This document shows positions 38,836 through 51,594 of a DNA stretch of 64,000 nucleotides, in pieces. The translations under genes and the position numbers were made by a program. Position 1 is the stretch's first letter; the number at the start of each line of letters is the position of its first letter. The DNA lies in the NCBI RefSeq assembly GCF_963921235.1, contig NC_086097.1:19098001-19162000 (forward strand), read 5' to 3'. The DNA comes from Mobula hypostoma (lineage: Eukaryota). The notes under the pieces are model-generated. The model ran no database searches and was not told where the DNA came from. It saw only the letters and a program-made list of their open reading frames with translations.

Positions 38836-38937
38836 GTAGATGATACGTACTACAGCCACAGTACTTTGTACGTATTGTCCTGTACTGTTACCAAAAAGAA
38901 ACAAATTTCACATCATACAGTATGTCAGTGTTAATAA

Positions 38938-39527
38938 AGTGCTTGAGCGCCTCGGCACCGTCCGTCACAAGCGGGACTTCCCAGTGACCAAACGTTTTAA
39001 CTCCCATTCCCATTCCCGTTCCGATGTGTTGGTCCATGACCTCCTCTTCTGCCAAGATGAGGCCACCCTCAGGGTGGAGGAGCAACACCTTATATTCCGT
39101 CTGGGTAGCATCCAACCTGGTGGCATGAAAATCGATTTCTCTTTCTGGTAAACAAATTCCCCCTCCCCTTTCCTCTATTCCCCACTCTGAACTTTTACTT
39201 CTCACCTTCCTATTACTTCCCTCTGGGTCTCTTCCTCCTTCCCTTTCTCCTATTGTCCACTCTCCTTTCCTATCAGATTCCTTCCTCTCCAGCCCTTGAC
39301 CTTTCACACCCATTTGGCTTCACCTATCACCTTTCAGCTTGCCTCTTTCTCCTCCCTCATCTTTTTATTTTGGCATCTTCACCCTTCCTTCTCACTCCTG
39401 ATGAAGGGTCTCAGCTCAAAACAGCGACTGTTTATTCTTTTCCATAGACGCTGCCTGACCTGCTGCATTCCTCGAGCATTTTGTATGTGGTGCCCTGGAT
39501 TTCTAGCATCTGCAAACTTTCTGGGGT
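38938..39527 (+). mobile_element. Penelope-like element 3' end
   Basis: ORF 38840..39151: DFPVTKRFNSHSH...LRVEEQHLIFRLGSIQPGGMKIDF; pyrimidine-rich UTR; terminal ctgatgaagggtctcagc. Confidence 0.9.
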
Positions 39528-40275
39528 TTATAATGAACCTGATTCTGATCCTGTGGTCTTCCCAGCAGTTGGTACACTGCATGCATGAAGTAAAGTTGCG
39601 TCACTGAAAACAAGAAGTTATACTGAAGATGACCTTGCACACTCTGGCCATGTTTCAAAGTCATCAGGCACCTTTCTGATAGTTTCCTGCTTCATAGGCA
39701 CCCACCAGGAGGTCTGGAGCTCTGCCTATTCCTTTCTCTTTTCATTAACAGTTCCTATCTGTACTGAAACTGTTCACTCGGAAGCTAGGATGGGCTGTTA
39801 TGTGGCATTTATATCATTCATGACTGGCTTCAGAAAAGTCATTAGGCGGATAACTCACTTCATTCACAACAGATGTGCCTGTGCAACGTCTGGCTCCGTG
39901 GAGACTCTTCAATCTTCAGAAATGTAGGCAGATAATTAAAACAAAATCTTACATGAAGGCACGTATTTCAAGGGAGTTAAACTAATAGAAAATTACAATA
40001 ATATTTGCATCCAGCAGCAGGAGTTGTAAGGCCTTGAGGAATTCTTTGAATTTTCAGTGACGTCTGGAGACTGCCATTCTTCTATGGGCTGATATTTTGT
40101 TGTTTCAAGGTCTCGTTTCAAGTGCCATATTCTTGGCCAAACAAAAATAATAAGGTTTGATCAACTGCTCTCAAAGGAAAACTCCCTTCCATCTCATCCT
40201 CTTACGTTACAGCTTCACTTTTATTTTACAACCACAAGAAAAGATGGTCACTCTCCAACTCCAGTGACAGCAACC

Positions 40276-43200
40276 CATAAGACCTTAAGATATAGGAGCA
40301 AAATTAGACTATTTGGCCCATCAAGTCTGTTCCACCATTTCATCATGGCTGATCCAATTTTCCTCTCAGCCCCAGTCTCCTGATTTCTCCCTGTATCCTA
40401 TCCTTTCATGCCATGACCAATCAAGAATCCATCAACCTCTGTCATAAATATACATAAAGACTTGACCTCCACAGCTGCCTGTGGCAAAGAGTTCCACAGA
40501 TTCACCACTCTCTGGCTAGAGAAATTTCTCCCCATCTCTGTTCTAAAAGGATGGCTCTGTATTCTGAGGCTGTGTCCTCTGGTCTTAGACTCTCCCATCA
40601 TAGGAAATATCCTCTCTACATCCACTCTATCAAGGCCTTTCACCACTCGATAGGTTTCAATGAGGTCACTCCTCATTCTTCCGAATTCTAGTGAAATCAA
40701 GCACAGAGCCATCAGACTCTCCTCATATGACAAGCCCTTCAATCCTGAAATCATTTTCGTGAACCTCCTTTGAACCTCTCCAGTTTCAGCACATCCTTTC
40801 CAAGATAACGGGCTCAAACCTGCTCACAGTACTCCAAGTAGGCTTCACCAGTGCTTTATAAAGTGTCAACTTTACACCCAGGCTTTTGTATTCTAGTCCT
40901 CCTGAAATGAATGCTAACACCACAGACTCAACCTGCAAGTTAACCTTTAGGGAACCAGCCCAAGTCCCTTGGTACCTCGATATTTTTGTGTTTTCTCTCC
41001 AATTAGAAAATAGTCAACCCTTTCATTTCTTCTACCGAAGTGTATGACCATACACTTCCTGACACTGTATTCGACCTTTCATTTCTTTGCCCATTCCCCT
41101 AATCTATCTGTCCTTCTGTAGACTCTCTACTTCCTCACAACTACTTCTTGCCCCTCCACCTATTTTGGTATTGCCTGCAAACTTTGCAACAAAGCCATTG
41201 ATTCCATCATCCAAATCATTGACATATAACATAAAAAGAATTGGACCCAACACAGACCCCTGTGGAAAACCACTAGGCACCAGCAGCCAACCAGAAAAAG
41301 CTCCCTTTATTCCCACTCTTTGCCTCCTACCAGTCAGCCACTGCTTTATCCATGCTAGAATCTTTCTTGTAATACCATGAGCTTGTAGCTTGTCATGTAG
41401 CCTCATGTGTGGCACCTTGTTAAAGGCCTTCTGAAAATCCAAGTACACAACATTAACTGATTCTTCTTTGGCTATCCTGCTTGTTATTTCTTCAAAGAAT
41501 TCCAACAGATTTATCAAGCAAGAGTTTCCCTTGAAGAAACCATGCTGACCAAGGCTTACTTTATCATGTGCCTCCTGAGACCTCATCTTTACTAATTGTC
41601 TCCAACATCTTACCAACCACTGAGAAGTGGATTGATATTTGCAATTTTCTAGTCTTCTAGAACCGTTCCAGAATCTAGTGATTCTTGAAAGATCATTACT
41701 AATGTCTCCACAATCTCTTCAGCCACCTCTTTCAGAAGGTCCATCTGGTCCAAGTGACTTATCTACCTTCAGACCTTTCAGTTTCCCAAGAACCTCTCTC
41801 TCTTAATGGTAACTGTACTCATTTCATGACCCCTGACACCTGGAACTTACACCTCTAGTGTCTTCCACAATGAAGACTGATGCAAAATACTTATTCAGTT
41901 TGTGCGCTGTTTCATTGTCACCAATTACAACCTCTCTCTCCAGCATCCTTTTCCTCTCACTTCTCATTTACACTTTATGTATCTGAAGAAAGTTTTGGTA
42001 TCCACTTTAATATCATGGCCAGCTTACTGTCGTATCCCATCTTTACCTTCTTAATGACTCTTTAGTTGCCTTCTGTTGGCTTTTAAAAGCTTCCTAATTT
42101 TCTAACTTCCCACTAATCTTTGTTTTATTATTTGCCCTCTCTTTGGCTTTTATGTTGGTTTTGACTTCTCTTGTTAGCCATGGTTGTGTTATCTTTCCTT
42201 TCGAATACTTCTTCCTCTTTGGGATGTATATATCCTGTGCCTTCCAAATTGCTTCCAGAAATTCCAGCCATTGCTGCTCTGCTATCATCCCTGCCAGTGT
42301 TCTTTGCCAATCAATTCTAGCCAACTCTTCTCTCATGTCTCTGTAATTCCCTTCACTCCACTATAATATTGATACATCTAACTTTAGCTTCTCCTTCTCA
42401 AATTTCAGGGTGTATTCGATCATATTATGATCACCTGTATCTAAGGGTTCTTTTTCCTTAAGCTCACTTATCATTTCTGGTTCATTACACAACGCCCAAT
42501 CCAGAATAGCCGATCCTCTAGTGGGCTCAACCATCAGCTACTCTAAAAAGCCATCTTGTAACCACTCTAGAAACTCCCTCTCCTGTAATCCAGCTCCAGC
42601 CTGGTTTTCCCAATCTACCTGAATATTGAAGTACCCCATGATTATTGTAACATTGTCCTTTTGGCATGCATTTTCTATCTCCCATTGTAATTTGTGTGCA
42701 ACATCCTTACTACTGATTTGGGATTTGTACTCCACTCCCATCAGGGTTTTTTTACACTTGCTCCATCCACAATGGTTCAACACCTTCCAACTCCCTGTCA
42801 TCTCTTTCTAATGATTTGATTTAATTTGTTACCAACAGAGCAACACCGACCCATTTGCCTTCCTGCTGATCCTTTTGGTACAATATGTACCTTTGGACAT
42901 TAAGCTCTGAGCTACAATCTTTCAGCCATGACTCAGTGATGCCTACAACATCATACCTGCCAATCTGCAACTGTGCTGCAAGTTCATCTACCTTATTCTG
43001 AATACTGCGCATATTCATATACAACACCTTCAGTCCTTTATTCACCCATTTCAATGTTATCACACCATGCTCAACATTTTGATTCCTATCTTTGTCTGAA
43101 CTCTTACCAACATCTATCTCCACAACCTCTCTATGAAGCGTTCTGGCGCTCTGGTTCCTATCCCCCTGCAACTCTAGTTTAAACCCCACCCTGCAGCATT

Positions 43201-43677
43201 AACAAACCTTCCTGCTAGGATATTATTTCCCCCTCCAGTTTAGGTGCAAACCGTCCTTTCTGTACAGGTCCCACCTTCCCTGGAGAAGAGACCAATGATC
43301 CAAAAATCTTACCTTCCTCCTACACCTCCCTAGTTCTAACCATGTGGCATGGGTAGCAATCCTGAGATCACAGCCCTGGAGGTCCTGCCCTTTCACTTAG
43401 CATCTAACTCCCTGAACTCCCTATGCAGAACCTCATCACCCGTCCTCTCCCTGTCATTGACACCTACATGGACCATGACTTCTGGTTGTTCACCCTCCCA
43501 CTTTAGAATGTTGAGGACTCGATCCAAGTTATCCCGGACCCTGGCACCCAGGAGGCAATATACCATCTGGGAATCTCATCCTCACCAACAGAACCTCCTG
43601 TCCGTTCCTTTAACTAATGAATCCCCAATCACCACAGCGTGCCTCTTTTGCCCCCTTCCCGTCTGTGTCACAGAGGG
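40276..43677 (-). mobile_element. Long decayed CR1 LINE: ORF1 esterase remnant, endonuclease, RT, 3' UTR
   Basis: ORFs 42821..43189 (NKVDEL, DVVGITESWL), 42538..42801, 42094..42336, 41104..41616 (VYLDFQKAF, PQGSVLGP), 40398..40817; many frameshifts. Confidence 0.95.
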
Positions 43678-44109
43678 TTAGAACTGTGCCCATAGATTTA
43701 TCCAGTTTGAATGCCATTGGAGAAGCAATAAATATTGAACCAGGCCATGGCCATATAATGGGAACCCTGAGCTTGGGAGTCCCAGCTCAATGAGATGTGA
43801 ATTAGTTTTGATCCTCACTCTTTTCCGACCTAATTTTGCCTGCATTAAAAAGGCAATCCCATTAGCTGTGAAGTTAATGACATCCGGGTGTATGAAAGGC
43901 AGAAATCCTTTTCTTCTATTTACCATCTGTCATTTTTTGTTATTGTTTCCTCAGTCTTAACAGTTGAGAGTTTCAAGTTCCTAGGTGTGAATATCACCAA
44001 CCATTTATAATGGTCGGCCACGTTGGCACTAGGCCCTAGAATAATACTTCGAATTCTTCAGAAGGCTAAGGAAATTTGGAATGTCCCCAGTGACCCTCAC
44101 CAATTTAAA

Positions 44110-45155
44110 AAGAGATTAGCTTAATTTGTCACGAGTACATTGAAACATATGCTATCATTGTGTCATCATTTGTGATGCGCTCAGGATAACCGGCAAGTGT
44201 TAACGTGCTACTGCACCAATATACTAACCCTAACCAGTGCGTCTTTCTTTGGAATGTGAAAGGAAACTGGTGCTCCCAGAGGAAACACACGCAGTCACGG
44301 GGAGAATGTATAAACACACGCAGTCACGGGGAGAACATATAAACACACGCAGTCACGGGGAGAACATATAAACACACGCAGTCACAGGGAGAACGTATAA
44401 ACACACGCAGTCACGGGGAGAACGTATAAACACACGCAGTCACAGGGAGAACGTATAAACACACGCAGTCACGGGGAGAACGTATAAACTCCTTACAGAC
44501 ACAGTCACAGGGAGAACGTATAAACACACGCAGTCACGGGGAGAACGTATAAACACACGCAGTCACAGGGAGAACATATAAACACACGCAGTCACGGGGA
44601 GAACGTATAAACACACGCAGTCACGGGGAGAACGTATAAACTCCTTACTGACGCAGTCACGGGGAGAACTTATAAACTCCTTACACACGCAATCACGGGG
44701 AGAACGTATAAACACCTTACAGATGCAGTCACAGGGAGAATGTATAAACTCCTTACGCAGTCACGGGGGAACGTATAAACTCCTTTTACACGCAGTCACG
44801 GGGAGAACATATAAACTCCTTACAGACGCAGTCACAGGGAGAACGTACAAACACCTTACACACGCAGTCATGGGGAGAACGTACAAACTCCTTACACACG
44901 CAGTCACAGGGAAAACGTATATCCTCCTTACACATGCAGTCATGGGGAGAACGTATAAACTCCTTACACACGCAGTCACAGGGAGAACGTATATCCTCCT
45001 TACACACGCAGTCACGGGGAGAACGTATATCCTCCTTACACATGCAGTCACGGGGAGAACGTATAAACTCCTTACAGATGGCGGCAGGAATTGAACATGG
45101 ACCTTCTGATCACTTGCAAGGTAATAGTATATTGCTAACCACTCTGCTACCACAT
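44110..45155 (-). mobile_element. V-SINE-type SINE containing an internal tandem expansion
   Basis: Flanks ggaaactggtgctcccagaggaaac (core) and ctccttacagatggcggcaggaattgaac...gctaaccactctgctacc (head). Confidence 0.85.
44283..45077. repeat. Minisatellite, ~24 units of 29 bp and 36 bp
   Basis: AAACACACGCAGTCACGGGGAGAACGTAT (29 bp, left half) and AAACTCCTTACACACGCAGTCACGGGGAGAACGTAT (36 bp, right half). Confidence 0.97.
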
Positions 45156-46944
45156 CAGTAAAAATACTGCCTCACAGTATAGGATTTTACTGCCACACTA
45201 CAGAACACATCCTATCTGGGTGCATCACAACTTGTTGTACCATCTGGTCTGTCCAAGCCTGCAAGAAATTGCAGAGAGTTGTGAATGCAACCCAATCCAT
45301 CACAGAAACCAAACTTCCTTCCATTGACTACACTTTTTACCGCCACCAGAAAGCACCCAGTGTAATCGAGGACTTTCTCCTATCCCAATCATTCCCTCTT
45401 CTATCCTCTCCCCTCTGCATGTCTTAGGAAGATGGGTTGTGCATGCCAGGGCATTTCCCTTTAGAGCAAAGGTGGATGAGAGGTGACCTGATAGAGGAGA
45501 ACAAGTTGATAAGAGGAATGGATTGAGTGGACAAAGACTTGTTCCCAGGGCAGAAATGGGTAATACAAGGGGGCATAATTTTAAGGTGATTGGAGGAAAG
45601 TATAGGGGGATGTCAGAGGTAAGTTCTTTCCACAGAGAGTGTTGAGTGCATGGAGTGCCCAGCCAGGGGTAATGGTAGAGGCAAGTACATCAGCGGTACG
45701 TAAGAAACTCTTAAAGAGGCACGTAGATGATAATAAATGGAGAATTGTGTAAGAGGGAAGGGTTAGATTGATCTCAGAGTTGGTTACAAGGTTGACACAT
45801 CATGGGCCGTACCGTGCTGTGAGATCTATGTTCTCCAGTGGGACAGAAGATGCAAAAGTTGAGAATGCCAGTCACCAGACTGAAGGGCAGCTTCTATCCC
45901 ATTGTTATCAGTCCTTAGAACAGACATCTTGTAAGATAAATGATGAACTCCTGAACTCTTAATCTCCCAATCCACCTTGTTGTGGCCTTTGAACTTTATT
46001 TGTTTACTGGCACTCCACGTACTCTGTCATGGCAACACTGTATTCTGCTTTCTGTTTTCTTTTCACTCCCTCAGTGAATCTCTCATGGCAGAATCTGCCT
46101 TGATGGCACAAGAAGCAGAAGCTTTTCAGTCTATCTCAGTACGTGTGACAATAATAAACCAATATCAGTACCAGTACTGATCATCTAAAAACTTGGCATG
46201 TTTATAGGAGGTACGTCACATAGGGAATTCATTGCGGCAGAAAGCTGTGGAGGCCAAGTTATTCAGCACACTTAATGCAGAGCTTGATAGGTTCTTGATT
46301 AGCAAGGATGTCAAAGGTTACGGGGTGAAGGTAGGAGAATGTGGTTGAGAGGGATAATAAATCATATATGTACTTTGATAATAAAATTGACTTTGAACTT
46401 TGAAGTCAGCCATGATGGAATGGCGGAGCAGACCCAATGGGCCTATTTCTGCTCCTGTCTTATGGTCTTCCAAAAGAAGAACATCTTCATGACTCATAAC
46501 GAATTGATCAGTTCTTTTTTCGCAAGTTGGGTGTTTGATGTTGCCTTTAAACGGGTCCCATGGGGTTTCTTTGTTTTGTGGCTGCCTGTGGGAGGACAAA
46601 TCTCAGGGTTGTGTACTGTATATTCTACATACTTTCATAAGAGATGTACCTTGAATCTTTGAACCTTAGAAGCAATTCGGCTACAGTCTGTATCTACCCA
46701 GTTAAGCACCTGCTTTGTTCATTTGTCTTTGTGATCAACTAACACAGCCTACAAAATATCTGCAATCTTATTCTATTTATCAGGTTGAGAAGATCTCAAC
46801 CCACTCAGCCAAAGCCAGTTGTGATGCTGAGGTTGGCATGCTCACATTTTAGATGAGAATGTGAGTTCAAGTCCCACTGTCGAGCTTCAGCTCAAAATCT
46901 AAGACACTCACTCCATGCAGGATGAAGGGGATGCTGCCCAATTT

Positions 46945-47735
46945 GAGTCATGGAGCACTACAGCATAGAAATGGGCCCTTTGGCTCATCTAGTCTGTGCT
47001 GAACTATTATTCAATCTAATCCCATCGACCAGCACCCAGGTGTTCTCCACAACCCTCCCGTCCATCTACTTACCCAAGTTTCTCATGACCGTCTAAAATC
47101 GAGCCCACATCCACCCCTTCCACTGGCAGCTCATTCCACACTCCCACCACTCTCTGAGTAAAGAAGTTTCCCCTCAGGGTCCCCTTAAATATTTTACCTT
47201 TCACCCTAAACGAATGACCTCCATTTCCAGTCTCACCTAAACTCAATGGAAAAATCAGTTTGCATTTATCCTGTCTATACCCTTCATCATCTTGTGTACT
47301 TTTGTTAAATCTCCCCTCATTCCACTGTGCTCCCGGGAATGAAGTACTAACCTACTCAACCTTTCCCTGTAACTTAGGAAGTTTTCTCTGCACTCTTTCA
47401 ACCTTATTGACATCTTTCCTGTAGGTAGGTGAACAGAACAGCAAACAATCCTCCGAATTAGGCCTCACCAATATCTTATACAACTCCAACATAACATCCT
47501 GTACTCAATGCCCCTGACTTACAAAGACCAACTTGACAAAAGCTCTCTTTATGACCCTATCTACCTGTGGTACCACTTTCAGAGAATTATTGATCTATAT
47601 TCCCAGTTCCCTCTGTTCTACCACACTCCTCAGTGCCCTAAAACTCACCATGCAAGTCTTACCCTGGTTTGTCCTCCCAGTGTGCAGCACTTCACACTTG
47701 TCTGTATTAAGTTCCATCTGCAGTTTTTCAGCCCA
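46945..47735 (-). mobile_element. CR1 3' fragment
   Basis: cattccacactcccaccactctctgagtaaagaag and ttaggcctcacc (reverse VRPN). Confidence 0.85.
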
Positions 47736-47809
47736 ACCAGTTTATCATAATGTTCACTCTATTCAATTTCTATTTCTATTCTATTACCCGGGTCGGGTAA
47801 TAATTATAC

Positions 47810-48725
47810 TTATTTACTGCCCATCATGTCCCTGCGCTTGGGGCAGCAAGGAAGGTCCTCCATTTTTGTCCAGAAGGATTCTTCATTGCTCTTTCCATAA
47901 CAATTTTGTTTGACCAGTCAGGGTTGTTAGCCCTGAGCTGAACCCCTGAACCTGGAGGACCGGTGGACCACTCTTAGTCTGGCCTCTACCTTTGACCTGT
48001 TTGGCATGGGTGACCCTACCAAGGGCCAAAGCATGAAGCCCTGACTCCAGCCAACATAGCTCTCTGGGTCATTGAGGCACACAAGCCTCCATACCCAACA
48101 ACAAGGTTATTATGTTTATGAAGACACGTAGTCCTCTTTTATTGTCATTTAGAAATGATACATTATTTCCTCTGGTGTGATATCACAAAACACAGGACAG
48201 ACCAAGACTGAAAAAACTGTCAAAACCACATAATTATAACATATAGTTACAACAGTGCAACAATACCATAACTTGATGAAGAAGTCCTTGAGCACAGTAA
48301 AGTCCAAAGTTTCTCAAATGTCCCACATCTCACGCAGACGGGAGAAGGAAGAAAAACTCTCCCTGCCATGCCGACCACAATCCGTCTCTGAGTCATCCAA
48401 AAACTTCGAGTTCTGATCAGCTCTCCGACAACGAGTACTGAGCGCCATCTCTGTCCGAATGATGCAACCTCCGTCTCGGTTGCCAAAAGCAGGCAAGGCC
48501 GGGGATTTTGAGGCCTACCCTCCGAAAGATTCCTGACCACACAGTAACAACAGCAGCGAACGGGCGTTTCAGAAATTTCTCCAGATGTTCCCCTGTGCTT
48601 TCATGTCCATTCTCCATCAAATCAGAATTGTCCACGGCCCCTATTTAACAGATAGGATATCATTTTCCACCGGAGGGCTGCGCACACCGCCATCTTCTCC
48701 TCCCGGTTGTGGTCCTCTTGAAGGA
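47810..48725 (-). mobile_element. Bipartite RTE-type element interrupted by a ~596-bp element (48109-48704)
   Basis: Same family as 10744-11130; acaaggtt|...|ggttgtggtcctcttg split. Insert begins AAGATGGCGG and ends TGACAATAAAAAGAGG on minus. Confidence 0.7.
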
Positions 48726-49334
48726 TCGTCTCATAAATGTTAGGTTAAGCCAAGCCTGTGTCTGAGTTGTTAGAAGGATGTTTCTCCTTTGACATTACAT
48801 GTCTTCCTCAAGCACCAGTAATATAATAGGCCGGCTGATTATGGTTGCACGGCATTCTGTGGCAGCTAACTATGCATAAACAGCTTTAAACAGTTGCAAT
48901 TGCATTTCATAAAGTACATGATTGAGTGAAAATGCTTTGGGACATCCTGTGATTGTGTAACAAGCTTTAGGAGTTAAACTTTCTTTTGCCCTCGCCGTTT
49001 AATGAATTAGGTTTGGATTTGATTTACCATTGTGGATCAGTAGAAAATAGCAGCCTTGCTGAATAGTTAATATCCCACGTTCCAATTGATTCTGTGGTAA
49101 TGAGTGACAGAGAGCACTGGGGAAACCCAACTCTGAATTTGCATGTCAGCTTTCCTGAATGACGGTACGTTCGGTCCTGCACTGAAGCATTACCCATGAG
49201 GGAAGCAGCTCAAACACGGAACGTACACTGGTATATGCTACAGTGGTTTAAAACACAATCTTTTTAAATTTCTTCATCCGCTGACGAGGTTGGCATAGAT
49301 TCTTCAGTTCTCTCCAAGAACTTGATGAGGATCC

Positions 49335-49700
49335 ATCATTGAAGAGCCTCACCACCCAGCCCATCCTCTTTTCTCACTGCTGCCATCAGGTAGAAGGTGC
49401 AGGTGCTTCAGGACCTGCACCACCAGGTTCAGGAACGGTTCCTACCCCTCAACCATCAAAGTTCTTGAACAAAAAGGGGAAAACTACACATTCTATTTCT
49501 GGTGTTCTCACAACCCGATGGTCTCGCTTTATCTTGTTTATCATGCTTTCGTTATTTATTGTATCTGCATTTGCACAGTTTGTTGTTCATTGATCCTGTT
49601 TACAGTTACTGTTCTATAGATTTGCTAAGTATGCCCGCAGGAAAATGAATCTCAGGGTTGTATGGGTGACATGTATGTTCTCTGATAATAAATTTTTACC
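49335..49700 (+). mobile_element. Rex1-like LINE 3' end
   Basis: ctgccatcaggtagaagg...caccaccaggttcaggaac; same tail family as 24930-25535. Confidence 0.8.
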
Positions 49701-50011
49701 TTGCGGTTTGATGTTGATTTTTATGGCAATCAGGAATAGCTCAGGAGCAGTTATTACCTGAGAATCATCAGGCTCCTGAACCAGCATCAATAGCCTCATT
49801 CACCTCAACACTGAACTGATTCTACAACCTATAGACATACTTTCAAAGTTTCAAAGACTTTACAATTCATGTTCTCAGTATTAGAACATTACAGCACAGT
49901 ACAGAGCTTTCAGCCCACAATTTAGTGCTGACATCTTAATCTACTCTAAGATCAATCTCACCCTTCCCTCCTACACAGTGCTCCATTTTTCTAATTTCCA
50001 TGTGCTTATCT

Positions 50012-50586
50012 GAGTCTGCGGCCCCTGTCAGTCAGACCATGGATGTTGTGTCCTAGCTGTCTAGATACTCAAGCCTGGGCAGTACTATATGGAGAGCAAG
50101 CTGTTGCCCATGTAGCAAGCTTCCCCTCTCCTCCCATCTGATGAACCAAAGGAAGAGCAGAGGCTGATACAGTTTGGTTGCCAGTCAGCATTGAGCTCAA
50201 TGTAGGACTGCCTTAGGGATTCCACCTCCGGATTTTTCCCTTGGGGTTTACTCCCGAATCCTTCCCCATGAGTGGGTATAGCCACAAGGCAGTGGAAGCT
50301 TGAGATCAGAGTTTTCCTCCTCCTAGGTGAGCTGCCGACCGCGGCTGACGAGCCCCATCTGCCCGAAGCGACTGGTTTTAATTCGCCAGTATCCCACCTT
50401 TGCCTGCTCTCCTGTCAGTAGATATGGTTCCGCACAGCTCAGTAGATCAGCCGCACATGAAGGCCAGAGCTGGACTTGGTTGTCAGAGGCTATTTGAGGT
50501 GTACGTCATTAGGAACATTTAATAGGTAGTGGAAGCTTGACCCCGTTACCACCCCCGGTTATAACAACCTTAAGGAACCTTAAGGA
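50012..50586. mobile_element. 575-bp non-coding element with 12-bp TSD inside a minus-strand CR1 3' end (49883-50800)
   Basis: ATGTGCTTATCT at 50000-50011 and 50587-50598; terminal (AACCTTAAGG)2. Confidence 0.85.
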
Positions 50587-51056
50587 ATGTGCTTATCTAA
50601 GAGTTTCTTAAATGCCCTCATGTGCCCCAGGCAGGGCATTCAAGGCACTCACCACTATCTGTGTAAAAAATCTCTCTGCCATACCCACTATCTTTCCTAC
50701 AATCACCGTAAAATTATTCCTCCTCCCCCCGCTCCCCCAGTATTACTCATTTCCACCCTGGGAAAATATCTACTTAACCAAAGCCTCTTATCATTTTGCA
50801 CATCTATTATTTATTTATTGAATTAATATTTGCACAACTTTGTCTTCTTCTGCACAATGATTGTCAGGTCTTTGTTTATATATGTTTTTTCAGAAATTCT
50901 ATTTTATTTTTTTTATTTTCCTCTAAATTCCTACAAGGAAACAAGTCTCAAGGTAGTATGTGGTAACAGCTACGTACTTTGATAATAAATTTACTTTGAA
51001 CTTCGACTTTGTATTCAAAACTCTCTCAGTCGCCATTGCTCAAATTAAGCAATTTA

Positions 51057-51594
51057 CACTCAGTTTATTTGGTACACCTGTACACCTGCTTGTTAATACA
51101 AATATCTAATCAGCCAATCACGTGGCAGCAACTCAATGCATAAAAGCATGCAGACATGGTCATGAGGTTCTGTTCTTGTTTAGAGCAAACATCCGAATAG
51201 GGATGAAATGTGATCTAAGTGACTTGGACCGTGGAGTGATTGTTGGTGCCAGACAGGGTGGTTTGAGTATCTCAGAAGCTGCTTTTCTCATGGAGTTTTC
51301 ACACATAACTGTCTCTCAAGTTTACAGAGAATGGTGTGAAAAACAAGAAGCATCCAGTGAGCGACATTTCTGTGGAGGAAAATGCCTTGTTAATGAGAGA
51401 GGTCAGAGGAGAATGGCCAGGCTGGCTCAGGCTGACAGGAAGGTAACGGTAACTCAAATAACTACAATCTACAACAGTGGTGTGCAGAAGAGCACCTCTG
51501 AATGCACAACAAGTTGAACCTTGAATTGGATGGGCTACAGAGCAGAAGACCACACTGGCTTCCTCTCCTGTACACAATAATGTGCCACTGAGTG
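51057..51594 (+). mobile_element. Tc1/mariner deletion derivative
   Basis: TA|CACTCAGT...GCCACTGAGTG|TA ends; ORF 51122..51517 has a Tc1 N-terminal HTH (DLSDLDRGVIVGARQGGLSISEAA...TVSQVYREW); no DDE domain. Confidence 0.9.

Larger units (their letters stand above)
43955..46165 (+). mobile_element. Rex1-like LINE 3' fragment split by a SINE/minisatellite and a CR1 fragment (45440-45832)
   Basis: [23 protein letters not shown] stops at ~44107, resumes ~45185, resumes again ~45835; tail gtgtgacaataataaacc. Confidence 0.75.

Noticed and set aside
44283..45077. CRISPR-like array, or a 12-aa repeat protein (ORF 44723..45094)
   Set aside because: Units are head-to-tail with no unique spacers, no cas genes are present, and the context is eukaryotic; the peptide repeat follows from the 36-bp period.
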